A stretch of 27,302 nt of DNA from a virus (Duplodnaviria > Caudoviricetes). A program made the position numbers and the translations under genes. Below the pieces are notes generated by a model. It saw only the letters and a list, made by a program, of their open reading frames with translations, was not told the origin of the DNA and did no database searches. Shown here piece after piece: positions 9,639 through 18,816 of the stretch. The DNA lies in IMG/VR virus record IMGVR_UViG_3300030095_003968, positions 1 through 27,302 of that record; one strand, given 5' to 3'. Position 1 is the first letter of the stretch. Every line of letters begins with the position of its first letter.

Positions 9639-10499
9639 TTATAATCCTATCATTTTTAATAACTGCATGTAACTTCCGCCTTTTTTACCCATTGCTTTTT
9701 CCAATATATCCCCTCCTACCGTTTTGCCAACAGTACCTAACGCACTTCCTAAAATATCCATAAAACCTAAACCGCCTCCAGCTTGCTCTTTAGCGATTTT
9801 TAGTGAGTTTGCAAGGTTGTCTTTATTCATCTGTACAGTAGAATATAATTGATTTAAATTTGTTTCTACATTTTCACCAGTAGTAGTTGCACCCAAATTA
9901 AGACCTGATATTTCTTTCAATAAATTAGCTACATTTGCTTCAGTTTGAGCGCCCATTTGAGTTCCAACAGAGCTTACATCTTCAACAACTTTCGATGTTG
10001 CTGAGGAAAGTTCCCCTGGGCTAGCTCCGCCAGCAAGTAAAGCGTCTTGAAGTATTTTTGCACTCGTGCTAACATTTTGACTAGCTTCTAATTTAGCTAA
10101 CTCACCAGTTTTTTCCATAGCCTCTGCACCCATAATAGACTGAGCCTGTATTTCTTTTTTCATTTTAGCTTCAGCTTCTAAACCTTCTTTTTTAGCTTTA
10201 TATTCACTTTCAGTTAAAAATATACCATCATCACCATAATTATCTTTACCCCAAGATATAAGGGTTCCACTACTTTCAGAAGTTGAAACTTTTTGCATTC
10301 CGCCCCACTCTTCACCAATCCTACCATTTCCAGTGTAAGCAACCTTTTGGCCATCTACTTCAAGGATATACCCTTGGTGAGAACGACTTCCAACCTCGTA
10401 TGCAGATTTACCATTAACTTTAATAATTTTAACTGTTTGACCTTCTGTATTCCTAAAGGTATCGACTACTGATGTTTTTTTTGAACTAAATCCTGCCAT
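9639..10499 (-). CDS. Putative ejection/pilot protein (286 aa)
   Basis: AGGAGA SD; Ala/Gln/Ser-rich helical middle and Gly-rich amphipathic C-terminus (GGGLGFMDILGSALGTVGKTVGG); directly after the nozzle. Confidence 0.55.
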   Translation of the reverse strand: MAGFSSKKTSVVDTFRNTEGQTVKIIKVNGKSAYEVGSRSHQGYILEVDGQKVAYTGNGRIGEEWGGMQKVSTSESSGTLISWGKDNYGDDGIFLTESEYKAKKEGLEAEAKMKKEIQAQSIMGAEAMEKTGELAKLEASQNVSTSAKILQDALLAGGASPGELSSATSKVVEDVSSVGTQMGAQTEANVANLLKEISGLNLGATTTGENVETNLNQLYSTVQMNKDNLANSLKIAKEQAGGGLGFMDILGSALGTVGKTVGGDILEKAMGKKGGSYMQLLKMIGL

Positions 10500-10507
10500 A
10501 TTTTCTC

Positions 10508-13500
10508 CTATTGCTTACCACTGTAAAAGCCCTCAATGATAATGTCTTCTATTTGTAAATCTATTAAAGAACTGTCTGCGTTCTGAACCAATTCATATTG
10601 AAAAGTTTTACCTTCTCTTTTGATTGGTATTTTTCTATTTTTTAAAGTGTTATGAGCAGGCAATAAAATTTCACCCACTTGATTACCGTCTGTGTAGACT
10701 TTTAATTTTATATTTGCGCCAAATTTATAGGTTATATACATATATTCTATGTATTTTCTTTGCGAAGGGTCGTCAAAAGTATGATTTTTTGATTTTATTT
10801 GGAAAGGTGACTCCTTTAAATGCACAACACTATCTGATGTAACTTCATTCCCGTTGCTATCATTAAATGTACTAGGAACTCTTGAAACTTTTATACCATA
10901 TACAGTTTGACTTAGATACTCTAAAAACCCAGTATCACCAATAAAAAAACTCCCAATTTTTGATAAATTGTTTGGCGATTCAGAATCGTCACAATTTTCT
11001 TCAATCCAAGAATTTCTATCAAAACTGTAAATGTATCTTAAGGCACTTTGAGCATTTTGTTCCGAAGTATCAGGAATAAATACAATATTATTTTTCTTAG
11101 GTGAATAACTTAAAATAGGATTTTTGAAAGTTAACTTTTGATAGGTATCTAATATAGGTAAAGAAAGTTGTTGACCTTCAGGTAACAAAAAAATACCAGA
11201 TTCATTTGCTACACACACACCTTTAGACGTGCTAACGACAGCACTTTTCCATTTAGTACCCATAGATGTTAGCACACCTACTTCATTAAAAGATTTAGAT
11301 GGGTCACACAAAAAAGTGTCGGATTCTTTAACTACAAATAAAACTCCATTAAAACCCTCTAAAGCAACTATAGGGTCAGCGTCAATTTTTCCTATTGTCC
11401 TTGAATTTGCCAAAGTAAATTCGTCAAATTTGTAAGGTGAAGTCCATAAAATTTTACCTCTTTCATTTACAGTCTGTTCATTTTCGTCCATAACATCTAC
11501 ATTACCAATAACTGATATACCAGAAATTTGAGTAGAACAAGACCATCTAACGGGAGCAAATCTATCTTTGGATGCTCTGTCAAGTCTATCCCTGTAATTT
11601 ATACCTTTAAATCCGTAATGAGGTATTCTTCTTGTTCCAATAACATCTTGACGAGGCAAAAAACCTTCTATAAAATATCCATAAGTACATGCGCTAGGAT
11701 TATTGAGATTAACATTACCAAAACTACCATCAGTATCAATAGGGACTACATAGCCTTGGCCAATACTAACGTCAGTAACACCAAAACCGTGCATAGGTGG
11801 ATATGAAAGAGCAAGACCTGCATCGTTAGCTAAATATTTTGTTCCGCTCATAAAAGTTTTAGCAGGAGGGAAAACGCCACTAGAAGGAATTGGCCTAAAG
11901 CTAGTATCTACAGTTATCATGTCATCAGTATAATCACCATTACTTATATCAGCTATTTTATACATGCCATTAACAGAAAGAGAAGTGTCTGCTGTAGCTA
12001 CAAAAATAAAATCTCCTTCTTTATAACCAAACCTGCCAAGCCTTACATTATTTATTCCTATTTTTATTGTATTAGCTGTACTGTCAAAAGTTAAATTTCC
12101 TAAAGTTTCTCCAGTAGATTTAGTATTTAAAGCAACACCTCCAAAAAAAGCTGTATCTTCTGTTGTACTTTGCCACCTATCACTAACGGTATTATTTAAA
12201 GAACCATTTGTAAGGTCTCTTTTGTTAACACTACCATAGTACGTAGTATGGATTAAATCAGTAGTATAATTCATTTGTATTTGAAACTGTTTACCTACCG
12301 CAGATGTTAATATTATTGTATCATTAGGACAAGCTACTGGGTTTCTTACGGTAATTGTTGGGTCTGTACCTGTTGGGTAACCCGTGGTGTTATTATCTTG
12401 GGGGCTAAGCACTACTCCCCATCTATTACATAAAGACCAATTATAGGTACTAGTAGAACCACCATCCCCAAGTCCAGTACCTTGATTACCTATTGTAAAT
12501 AAAGGTGAACTAAATGGAGTTTCAATCCAAGCACCAGTATTACCAGAAAAAGCTTGATTTTCTTCATAAAAAGATGAAGTGTCAGCTTGACTTTGATGAG
12601 TAAAAGCATTAGTTTCGTCATTTTGTAAAGTTTCAAACTCTCCAACATCCGTATAAGCTTGGTACGATTTTTTCATTAAACTAACTGGTGAATCTACTAA
12701 GCATGTATTTATATCATAAGAATTAACAAGATAAAAATCAGTTTCACCTTCAGGATTCCAATATAAATTAATTCCTGTAATCCTACTGTTCCAGTCTTCA
12801 GAAGAATTAGAACCATTATCTTCCATTTTTACATCTACAGCCTGAGTAGCTGTAGGACTGCCATCTAAAGTTCCAGAACCATAAAAAGAGGCTTCGTCAA
12901 AAAAACTTACAAATCTTTCCGCAGTTAAACCTTCTCCTGCATTCTGTACCGAACCAGGAACTACTCCTGGAAATACGCCTGTTTTTCCGCTACATGTTCC
13001 TGTATTTATTATATCTAATATTTGTTGACAAGTGAAAGTTCTGCCTCCACCATTGTCACACTTTAATTTTATTTCAATCTCACTTCCATCTCTTATCATT
13101 GCAATTTCAAAAGTGTTAGCACCCATTGTTCCAACATCAAAACCTGTAGTAGTATGCTCTATAGTAAATCTTATTAATTTACCTTTTAAACCTAATCTCT
13201 TATTTGTTTTTAACTTTAAATAATGAACATCTCCACTAGCATTTAAAATTGCGCTTATATTACCAGTGTCTTCCCTAGATGTGCAAGATTTTGCCCCTGT
13301 ATTTACAACTATAGATACAGCCCTAGCTGGTTGCGTCTCTTGAACAAAAAATATATCATCACCAGTAGAGGTTCCCGCATCCCCTGTATGTTCTTGAGGT
13401 GAAGTTCCTAAAACTCCCCTCATGACCGTAACAACATTATTACTAAAACCTCCAGCAAAACCATTTTGCCCCCTAATAACATACATTTTTTCAGAATTTA

Positions 13501-14620
13501 TACGTATGACTTTACCAATCAAACTTTGTAAATCGTCTCTGGTATCAAATTCTAAATAATTTTGAACTTTATTTACATCTTCATGTATTTTTTTAGAAAA
13601 CATTGTGTCTTCTTGTTCTAAAACTATATTAGGGGGTTTATAACAAGGAAACCCTGAAATACCTAAGTTACCAAACTCATCCCTAGAAAGCTCAGATTCG
13701 CTTGCATAATCATAAACATAGGTAACAGCATATCTGTCTTTTTCGCTAAATGTTGTTCTTGAATCAGTATCTGGCCACACCATAGCGTCTAAACAAAAAT
13801 TACCCCACCAATCCCTATCAGTATCTTCCCATACATCTCCTGTAAATCTTCTAGTATTTAACCAAGGGTCCTGCACAAACACCCCAACATCTCCTACATT
13901 TTTACAAATATTATCTCTATCTAAATAGCTAGTAAGTTTTACATTTGCAGGAGGTTTTATATGCTGGTCGTAAATTTCCCATTTGTTAATTTCTTCCGCC
14001 TGATTAGGTTTTGATGGACTTGGAGCCATCATATATAATTCATTACCATCTGTATTACTTGTTGCATCTTTTTGACCAAAAACATTTCTTTTTATATGGC
14101 CAAACCATTTAGAAATATTATTTGTATTCATATTTGAGTCAGATATTCTTACAGAGCCATTCCCAACAAAAAAATCAATATCAATATCTTCAGTAGGGTC
14201 TATCACCCAGCCAATATCATCAGACCACCATTCCCAACTATCTGCAAGCAAAACGTCACTATCTTTATCAGTATCAGATGCCTCATGTATTAATATACCA
14301 ATATCAGCAGTATCTTTTACCTGTACAAACATTAAATAATATGTTCTACCTTTGTTTTCTGGGACGTTTGGGTTTTTAGTAATTGTCCATGAACTTTTAT
14401 ATAAAATTACATATTCTTTTCCGTTAGTAGGAATTTCTGCATTAATAAAGTTTTCTGTAATTCTTATATCTTTTGCAGATTTTTTTATTTTTCCAGGGAA
14501 AAAATTAGATAAGTTTTTGTATATTAAAAATACATCAGATGGAATATCAAGCTCACCTAAATAAGTCGCAAAACCTTTAGCAAAATTAGCTACAGCTTTT
14601 CTAAAAGGTTGTCTAGGCAT
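10508..14620 (-). CDS. Tail nozzle / tail tubular protein B-like (packaged-DNA stabilisation), 1370 aa with inserted domains
   Basis: Follows the adaptor genes. Propeller-like C-terminal half (KILWTSPYKFDEF, PIVALEGFNGVLFVVKE) and terminal FQIKSKNHTFDDPSQRKYI...REGKTFQYEL...IEDIIIEG pattern typical of this class. Confidence 0.7.
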   Translation of the reverse strand: MPRQPFRKAVANFAKGFATYLGELDIPSDVFLIYKNLSNFFPGKIKKSAKDIRITENFINAEIPTNGKEYVILYKSSWTITKNPNVPENKGRTYYLMFVQVKDTADIGILIHEASDTDKDSDVLLADSWEWWSDDIGWVIDPTEDIDIDFFVGNGSVRISDSNMNTNNISKWFGHIKRNVFGQKDATSNTDGNELYMMAPSPSKPNQAEEINKWEIYDQHIKPPANVKLTSYLDRDNICKNVGDVGVFVQDPWLNTRRFTGDVWEDTDRDWWGNFCLDAMVWPDTDSRTTFSEKDRYAVTYVYDYASESELSRDEFGNLGISGFPCYKPPNIVLEQEDTMFSKKIHEDVNKVQNYLEFDTRDDLQSLIGKVIRINSEKMYVIRGQNGFAGGFSNNVVTVMRGVLGTSPQEHTGDAGTSTGDDIFFVQETQPARAVSIVVNTGAKSCTSREDTGNISAILNASGDVHYLKLKTNKRLGLKGKLIRFTIEHTTTGFDVGTMGANTFEIAMIRDGSEIEIKLKCDNGGGRTFTCQQILDIINTGTCSGKTGVFPGVVPGSVQNAGEGLTAERFVSFFDEASFYGSGTLDGSPTATQAVDVKMEDNGSNSSEDWNSRITGINLYWNPEGETDFYLVNSYDINTCLVDSPVSLMKKSYQAYTDVGEFETLQNDETNAFTHQSQADTSSFYEENQAFSGNTGAWIETPFSSPLFTIGNQGTGLGDGGSTSTYNWSLCNRWGVVLSPQDNNTTGYPTGTDPTITVRNPVACPNDTIILTSAVGKQFQIQMNYTTDLIHTTYYGSVNKRDLTNGSLNNTVSDRWQSTTEDTAFFGGVALNTKSTGETLGNLTFDSTANTIKIGINNVRLGRFGYKEGDFIFVATADTSLSVNGMYKIADISNGDYTDDMITVDTSFRPIPSSGVFPPAKTFMSGTKYLANDAGLALSYPPMHGFGVTDVSIGQGYVVPIDTDGSFGNVNLNNPSACTYGYFIEGFLPRQDVIGTRRIPHYGFKGINYRDRLDRASKDRFAPVRWSCSTQISGISVIGNVDVMDENEQTVNERGKILWTSPYKFDEFTLANSRTIGKIDADPIVALEGFNGVLFVVKESDTFLCDPSKSFNEVGVLTSMGTKWKSAVVSTSKGVCVANESGIFLLPEGQQLSLPILDTYQKLTFKNPILSYSPKKNNIVFIPDTSEQNAQSALRYIYSFDRNSWIEENCDDSESPNNLSKIGSFFIGDTGFLEYLSQTVYGIKVSRVPSTFNDSNGNEVTSDSVVHLKESPFQIKSKNHTFDDPSQRKYIEYMYITYKFGANIKLKVYTDGNQVGEILLPAHNTLKNRKIPIKREGKTFQYELVQNADSSLIDLQIEDIIIEGFYSGKQ

Positions 14621-14968
14621 TTAAAAATCCCTGTGTGTGCTTTGAATAATTTCTTCTCTTATAATTTTACTACCCATGCTAATCTCTTCTTTCATTTTTT
14701 CCCATTCTTCTTTATATAATGGGTATAATTGTGGTGCTAATCTTTTTACTAATTGCAAAACAGCATAGGCTACTAAAGCTTCTTGATGTTCTTCTAATAT
14801 AATTTTATTAGGTTCGTCATCTCCCTTTTCCATATCTGGAACTTCAGCAATATAATGTATTCTTATTTTTTTAATTTCTGTAGGTGTAGGATATATACCA
14901 ATAACATCATTACCCCATTGATAATAAAATTTACCTGTATTAAATAAATTATAATCTTTTACACTCAT
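14621..14968 (-). CDS. C-terminal half of a head-tail adaptor (tail tubular A-like) protein
   Basis: YYQWGNDVIGIYPTP...IRIHY...EEHQEALVAYA matches the adaptor C-terminal motif pattern. Confidence 0.7.
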   Translation of the reverse strand: MSVKDYNLFNTGKFYYQWGNDVIGIYPTPTEIKKIRIHYIAEVPDMEKGDDEPNKIILEEHQEALVAYAVLQLVKRLAPQLYPLYKEEWEKMKEEISMGSKIIREEIIQSTHRDF

Positions 14969-15249
14969 TATGTTACATCCAATTCTATTATATCATTATA
15001 GTCAACAACATCTATTTTGTCACCATCGTAATCAACTCTTAATATGTTGACTAAATCTGAAGGTAAATTATATCTTTCTTGGTCTTTAACAGAATTTGCT
15101 GAAGCGCTGACTCTATTTAATAAACCCATTTTATTTATTTTTTTTTGCGCTCTATTTATATAAAAATCAATTTCTTGGTCACTTACAACCTCTCTATCAA
15201 TATTACCTAAACCCATTCTTACTAATTCTCTTAATTCTTTTAATTTCAT
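14968..15249 (-). CDS. N-terminal half of a head-tail adaptor protein
   Basis: MKLKELRELVR...SDQEIDFYINRAQ...ERYNLPSDLVNILRV matches the adaptor N-terminal motif pattern. Confidence 0.7.
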   Translation of the reverse strand: MKLKELRELVRMGLGNIDREVVSDQEIDFYINRAQKKINKMGLLNRVSASANSVKDQERYNLPSDLVNILRVDYDGDKIDVVDYNDIIELDVT

Positions 15250-16242
15250 TTAAATCCCTTTAGATTTTAACTCGTTCAATGCAGGTTTAGACTCGTGTGT
15301 TTTTTTATCTTCAGGCATATATTTTAAATTTAAAGCTTGTAAATCTAGCAAATATTGTTGGAAATATATTTGAGACTCCTCTTCTTTTCCAATAGATATT
15401 AAGCTTTTATAACAAGCATAATCAACAACAAGCTTTTCTAAAGATTCTGGTAAATCACATTCAGTAGTACCCACAGTTTGAGGTTTTTTAATATATATTA
15501 TTTCTGCATCTACAAGAACATTTACAGAAATAGGTAATTGTATTTTTCCATTAAAAATTGCATACCATTTATTACCCTCTTCAGGATTTTTTGTTTTACT
15601 ATAAAAAGGATGCCTATCATCTTTTATATCCATTAATAAATCATAAGGAATTTTTTCAGCTCTTGTAATTCTATCCCCTGCAATTCTAGTCATATATCTT
15701 AAAACTAAAGGTCTTAAAAAGTTAGTAGGAGCAGTTAACTCAGTAGATGATGAACTTGTTTCAATCGTAGCATCTTCTACCATTTCTGTAGCCTCCGCCA
15801 TTAATAACTGGTCATTAGATTTGTTTGTAACATCTAATTGACCTTCTTTTATCCATTCCATTATATCTGAAAAAACTGGAGGTTCCATCTCAGTATCTGA
15901 TATTGTTACTACACAACCAGCAGTATTGGAAGACTCTACAGTTCTAGCACCAATCAATTCTACAGTAGCACCACTAGGAGTGTTTGCTGTAATACCTTGA
16001 GCTACACCAAAACCTGAATCTATAGATGCTTTAAAAGCAGTAGCCATAGCATTAGCTGTTGTAGAAGCTCTACTTACATTAAATTCTGCTGCTGCTGGAG
16101 TTGCTCTTAATATTAATTTAATACCATTAATAGTAATTGTATCAGCATCGACAGTATTGGTTGTAAATGTTAAACTGTGACTTCCTTGAGAAAGACCTAA
16201 TTTTCTTTTTACTTGAGTAGCTAAATTGTTTAATGTTGCCAT
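15250..16242 (-). CDS. Head-tail adaptor / ring protein with an inserted ~100-aa domain (330 aa)
   Basis: First gene after the capsid; DIMEWIKEGQ, LTAPTNFLR, WYAIFNGKIQL, YIKKP, LPESLEKLVVDYA. Confidence 0.7.
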   Translation of the reverse strand: MATLNNLATQVKRKLGLSQGSHSLTFTTNTVDADTITINGIKLILRATPAAAEFNVSRASTTANAMATAFKASIDSGFGVAQGITANTPSGATVELIGARTVESSNTAGCVVTISDTEMEPPVFSDIMEWIKEGQLDVTNKSNDQLLMAEATEMVEDATIETSSSSTELTAPTNFLRPLVLRYMTRIAGDRITRAEKIPYDLLMDIKDDRHPFYSKTKNPEEGNKWYAIFNGKIQLPISVNVLVDAEIIYIKKPQTVGTTECDLPESLEKLVVDYACYKSLISIGKEEESQIYFQQYLLDLQALNLKYMPEDKKTHESKPALNELKSKGI

Positions 16243-16258
16243 GTTTCCCTTAAAATGT

Positions 16259-16290
16259 AGTTAGCATGCTAATTGCTTAGCATGCTAACT
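16259..16290 (-). terminator. Perfect 14-bp hairpin after the major capsid gene; probable terminator, attenuator or mRNA-stabilising stem
   Basis: Minus strand AGTTAGCATGCTAA-GCAA-TTAGCATGCTAACT (GNRA loop), followed by ACATTTT, a weak U tract. Confidence 0.6.
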
Positions 16291-16310
16291 TTGATTATTC
16301 AGTCAGACGA

Positions 16311-17327
16311 TTAAGTCATGCTCGTAGCAGCAGCTACATTTTCTATGACACCAAAATCTTTACTGTTAAATTTAGATTTTGCCATTTCATAAATAATGCT
16401 TGCTGATACACTCAACTTATTACCTCTGTCAACTGTTTCTTCATGCCATGAGTGGTCACCACCAAATGCAACTAACCCAGCTTGTGCGCCCATAAATAAA
16501 TTTCTATTAGCGTTAATTGAGTTAACTGTCATTTTTTGTATTCCATCATGCTCATGAACAACAACACCATCCCACATACCTAATGCACCTGAGAATAAAG
16601 GATTGTCTCCACCTCTTGGCATTGCGTATTGTTGTGCGTTCTGCCATGTAGAATCATTTTTTAATTCTCTAGCAGTTTCAGGGTGAACGATAAGAACATA
16701 ATAATCTTTACCGCCAACTCTGATTGGTCGCATTTTAGGGTCAATTAATTTAGCCTTTGCAGACATAAAACTAATTGTTTTTGGTGTTAATATATCAGCA
16801 ACAGCTAATGATGATGCTGGTGTAGTTTGTTTAATTGTACCACCATCATTCCATACTAGATACGTACAGTCTGTGCCAAATGTATAAGTTGCAACACCTG
16901 AAGAATTAGATGCAACACCTGATAAAGTGTCAATCATATCTTTTTCCATAGTTTCAGCAAACCAGATTTTTAATGAGTCTAGTGCTTCTTTACGGTAATC
17001 AATTAAAACTTTTTTATTGTGCATTTTACCTGTAGATAAAACACCTTGTCTTAATTGGTCTAGTGTTATTGTTTGTGTGTAAGTGTCCATTGTCACTTCA
17101 TTACCTGCTAATGTGCTATCTCCAGTAATACCATCACCTTCAATCTTCATTTTAAGACCGATAGTAATATCTTTACCTTTTGCAGCTTTTAAGTCTGATA
17201 ATACATGAATCGCAGAACTTGAACCACCGAAAAAACGAGAAAAATAAGTATCATTTTTCGCTTCAGTGAACAGTTCCTTGGACCATCTTGATACCTCAAG
17301 ACCTGAATTCCATTGAACTTCAGCCAT
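16311..17327 (-). CDS. Major capsid protein, N4-gp56 / DUF4043-like (338 aa)
   Basis: AAGGAGA SD; WSKELF, DLKAAKGKDITI, GDSTLAGNE, MRPIRVGGKDYYVLIVHP, NPLFSGALGMWDGVVVHEH, DFGVI. Confidence 0.92.
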   Translation of the reverse strand: MAEVQWNSGLEVSRWSKELFTEAKNDTYFSRFFGGSSSAIHVLSDLKAAKGKDITIGLKMKIEGDGITGDSTLAGNEVTMDTYTQTITLDQLRQGVLSTGKMHNKKVLIDYRKEALDSLKIWFAETMEKDMIDTLSGVASNSSGVATYTFGTDCTYLVWNDGGTIKQTTPASSLAVADILTPKTISFMSAKAKLIDPKMRPIRVGGKDYYVLIVHPETARELKNDSTWQNAQQYAMPRGGDNPLFSGALGMWDGVVVHEHDGIQKMTVNSINANRNLFMGAQAGLVAFGGDHSWHEETVDRGNKLSVSASIIYEMAKSKFNSKDFGVIENVAAATSMT

Positions 17328-17341
17328 TTATTTCTCCTTTT

Positions 17342-17809
17342 TTATAGTGCTTCGACGTACTCAACAACTAGAGTTCCAGCTCCAGCTGTTTGTGCGCCAG
17401 CGTTTGTTAATGTTACATAACTATCTGTAATACATAAATGTCCAGCGTAGTTATTTGATGCGTGTGTAGAGGCGTCTGCTCTTGATATTCCAACAGCTTT
17501 AGAGTCTTTTGTAGACCCGTCTATCAGAATGTCAAGGTTTCCATCAGTTCCTGCTGCTCCAGAGACATTGGATATACCAATATCAACTAAGTTTGAGAAA
17601 GCTGTAGAGACAACCCAGTAACAATTAGTAACAGCACAACCCACAGGGAGTTTTGCTAAAACATACGTATCACCACTAGTAGGGATGTCAGTATGTGTTA
17701 GCTTAATTGCTACATTGTTTAACGGGCTTCTTTCGCCAGAGTTCACAGCACCAAGTATCGCATTTTTTGGATTTACTCCATCAGCTGCTAGCATACTATT
17801 GTTTGCCAT
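17342..17809 (-). CDS. Putative capsid cement/decoration protein (155 aa)
   Basis: LAKLPVGCAV...VSTAF...DIG...GAGTLVVEY jelly-roll-type pattern; adjacent to the capsid gene. Confidence 0.6.
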   Translation of the reverse strand: MANNSMLAADGVNPKNAILGAVNSGERSPLNNVAIKLTHTDIPTSGDTYVLAKLPVGCAVTNCYWVVSTAFSNLVDIGISNVSGAAGTDGNLDILIDGSTKDSKAVGISRADASTHASNNYAGHLCITDSYVTLTNAGAQTAGAGTLVVEYVEAL

Positions 17810-17820
17810 TTTTTGCTCCT

Positions 17821-18795
17821 TTAATTAATTCCAAGTAATTGGTTTCTTTTTTCTTTAGGAAGTTTAGCCCAGTCTTCAAAATTCATATTATCATAGTCTA
17901 CGTTGTCTGATTCAGACGAATTTACGTTTCCTAATCCTTTTTGAACTTTTTGACCTTCAGAGACTTTTTCCATAGTAGTTGTATCTACTTTTTCATCAGG
18001 CTCTGATGTGCTAACTTCTTTTGTTTGTTTTGAAAATTGACTATAGTCACCAGTTTTCATAGCATGTAAATGCTCTAAATAATTAGTAACTTGGTCAACA
18101 GAATCGACTTTTTGAAGTTGAAAACCAGTTTTTTGACCGTATTCCGCTAATTCTCCAATATAAGTATCGGATTCAAGGTTGTGTGATTTAATAAATACCT
18201 CACTTGCCTCTTTAGCAATATCTTCTACAGTTTTTTTCTGATTTATCTCTTCAGTGGCCGCCTGCTTTTCCTCTAAAGCTTTTAGTGCAATATCTCTTGA
18301 AAGTTCTTTAATTCCGTCTTCCGTAAATATATCATACTTTTTATCAACTTTAGGCTCATCACCAGCCAGCTTTTTGTCGCCATATATATCAGATTCAGCA
18401 TTAGGCGGTGTTTCCGCTTTTCTGCGAAGTTCTTCAATCTCAGCTTTATATTTGCCAATCTCTTCAGCCTGCTTCCCAGTGTGAGATGCTAAGTTTTTAT
18501 AATCCTTAACCATTCTCTCTTGCAATTCATCTGCTTTATATGTTGTACCATTAATCTGGTACTCCTCCTCCTTACTAGGACTTTCCTCTGCTCTATCTTG
18601 TTGTTCGACATTTTCCGATGTATCGGCCTGAACGTCTTCAACCTCTTTAGTTTCGGCTTCCTTCTCAGTTGGTTGGTAATCAGGGTCAAGGTCTTCTGGA
18701 GTTAGATGAGAATAGCCTTCGGCTACTTCAGTCTCATCTCCTGCTCTTACTTCCTCTTCATTTGTTTTGTCCTGACTAATTTTTTCTTCTTCCAT
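17821..18795 (-). CDS. Capsid scaffolding protein (324 aa)
   Basis: Between portal and capsid; very acidic disordered N-terminus, coiled coil (YKNL...GKQAEEIG), C-terminal DNMNFEDWAKLPKEKRNQLLG. Confidence 0.8.
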   Translation of the reverse strand: MEEEKISQDKTNEEEVRAGDETEVAEGYSHLTPEDLDPDYQPTEKEAETKEVEDVQADTSENVEQQDRAEESPSKEEEYQINGTTYKADELQERMVKDYKNLASHTGKQAEEIGKYKAEIEELRRKAETPPNAESDIYGDKKLAGDEPKVDKKYDIFTEDGIKELSRDIALKALEEKQAATEEINQKKTVEDIAKEASEVFIKSHNLESDTYIGELAEYGQKTGFQLQKVDSVDQVTNYLEHLHAMKTGDYSQFSKQTKEVSTSEPDEKVDTTTMEKVSEGQKVQKGLGNVNSSESDNVDYDNMNFEDWAKLPKEKRNQLLGIN

Positions 18796-18816
18796 AATTT
18801 TTCTCCTTTAGGATTG

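Noticed and set aside
14960-15000. Programmed -1 frameshift fusing the two adaptor halves
   Set aside because: The -1 frame is open for only about 8 codons before the ATG, with no canonical slippery heptamer or obvious downstream structure. TAATG re-initiation is the simpler reading.
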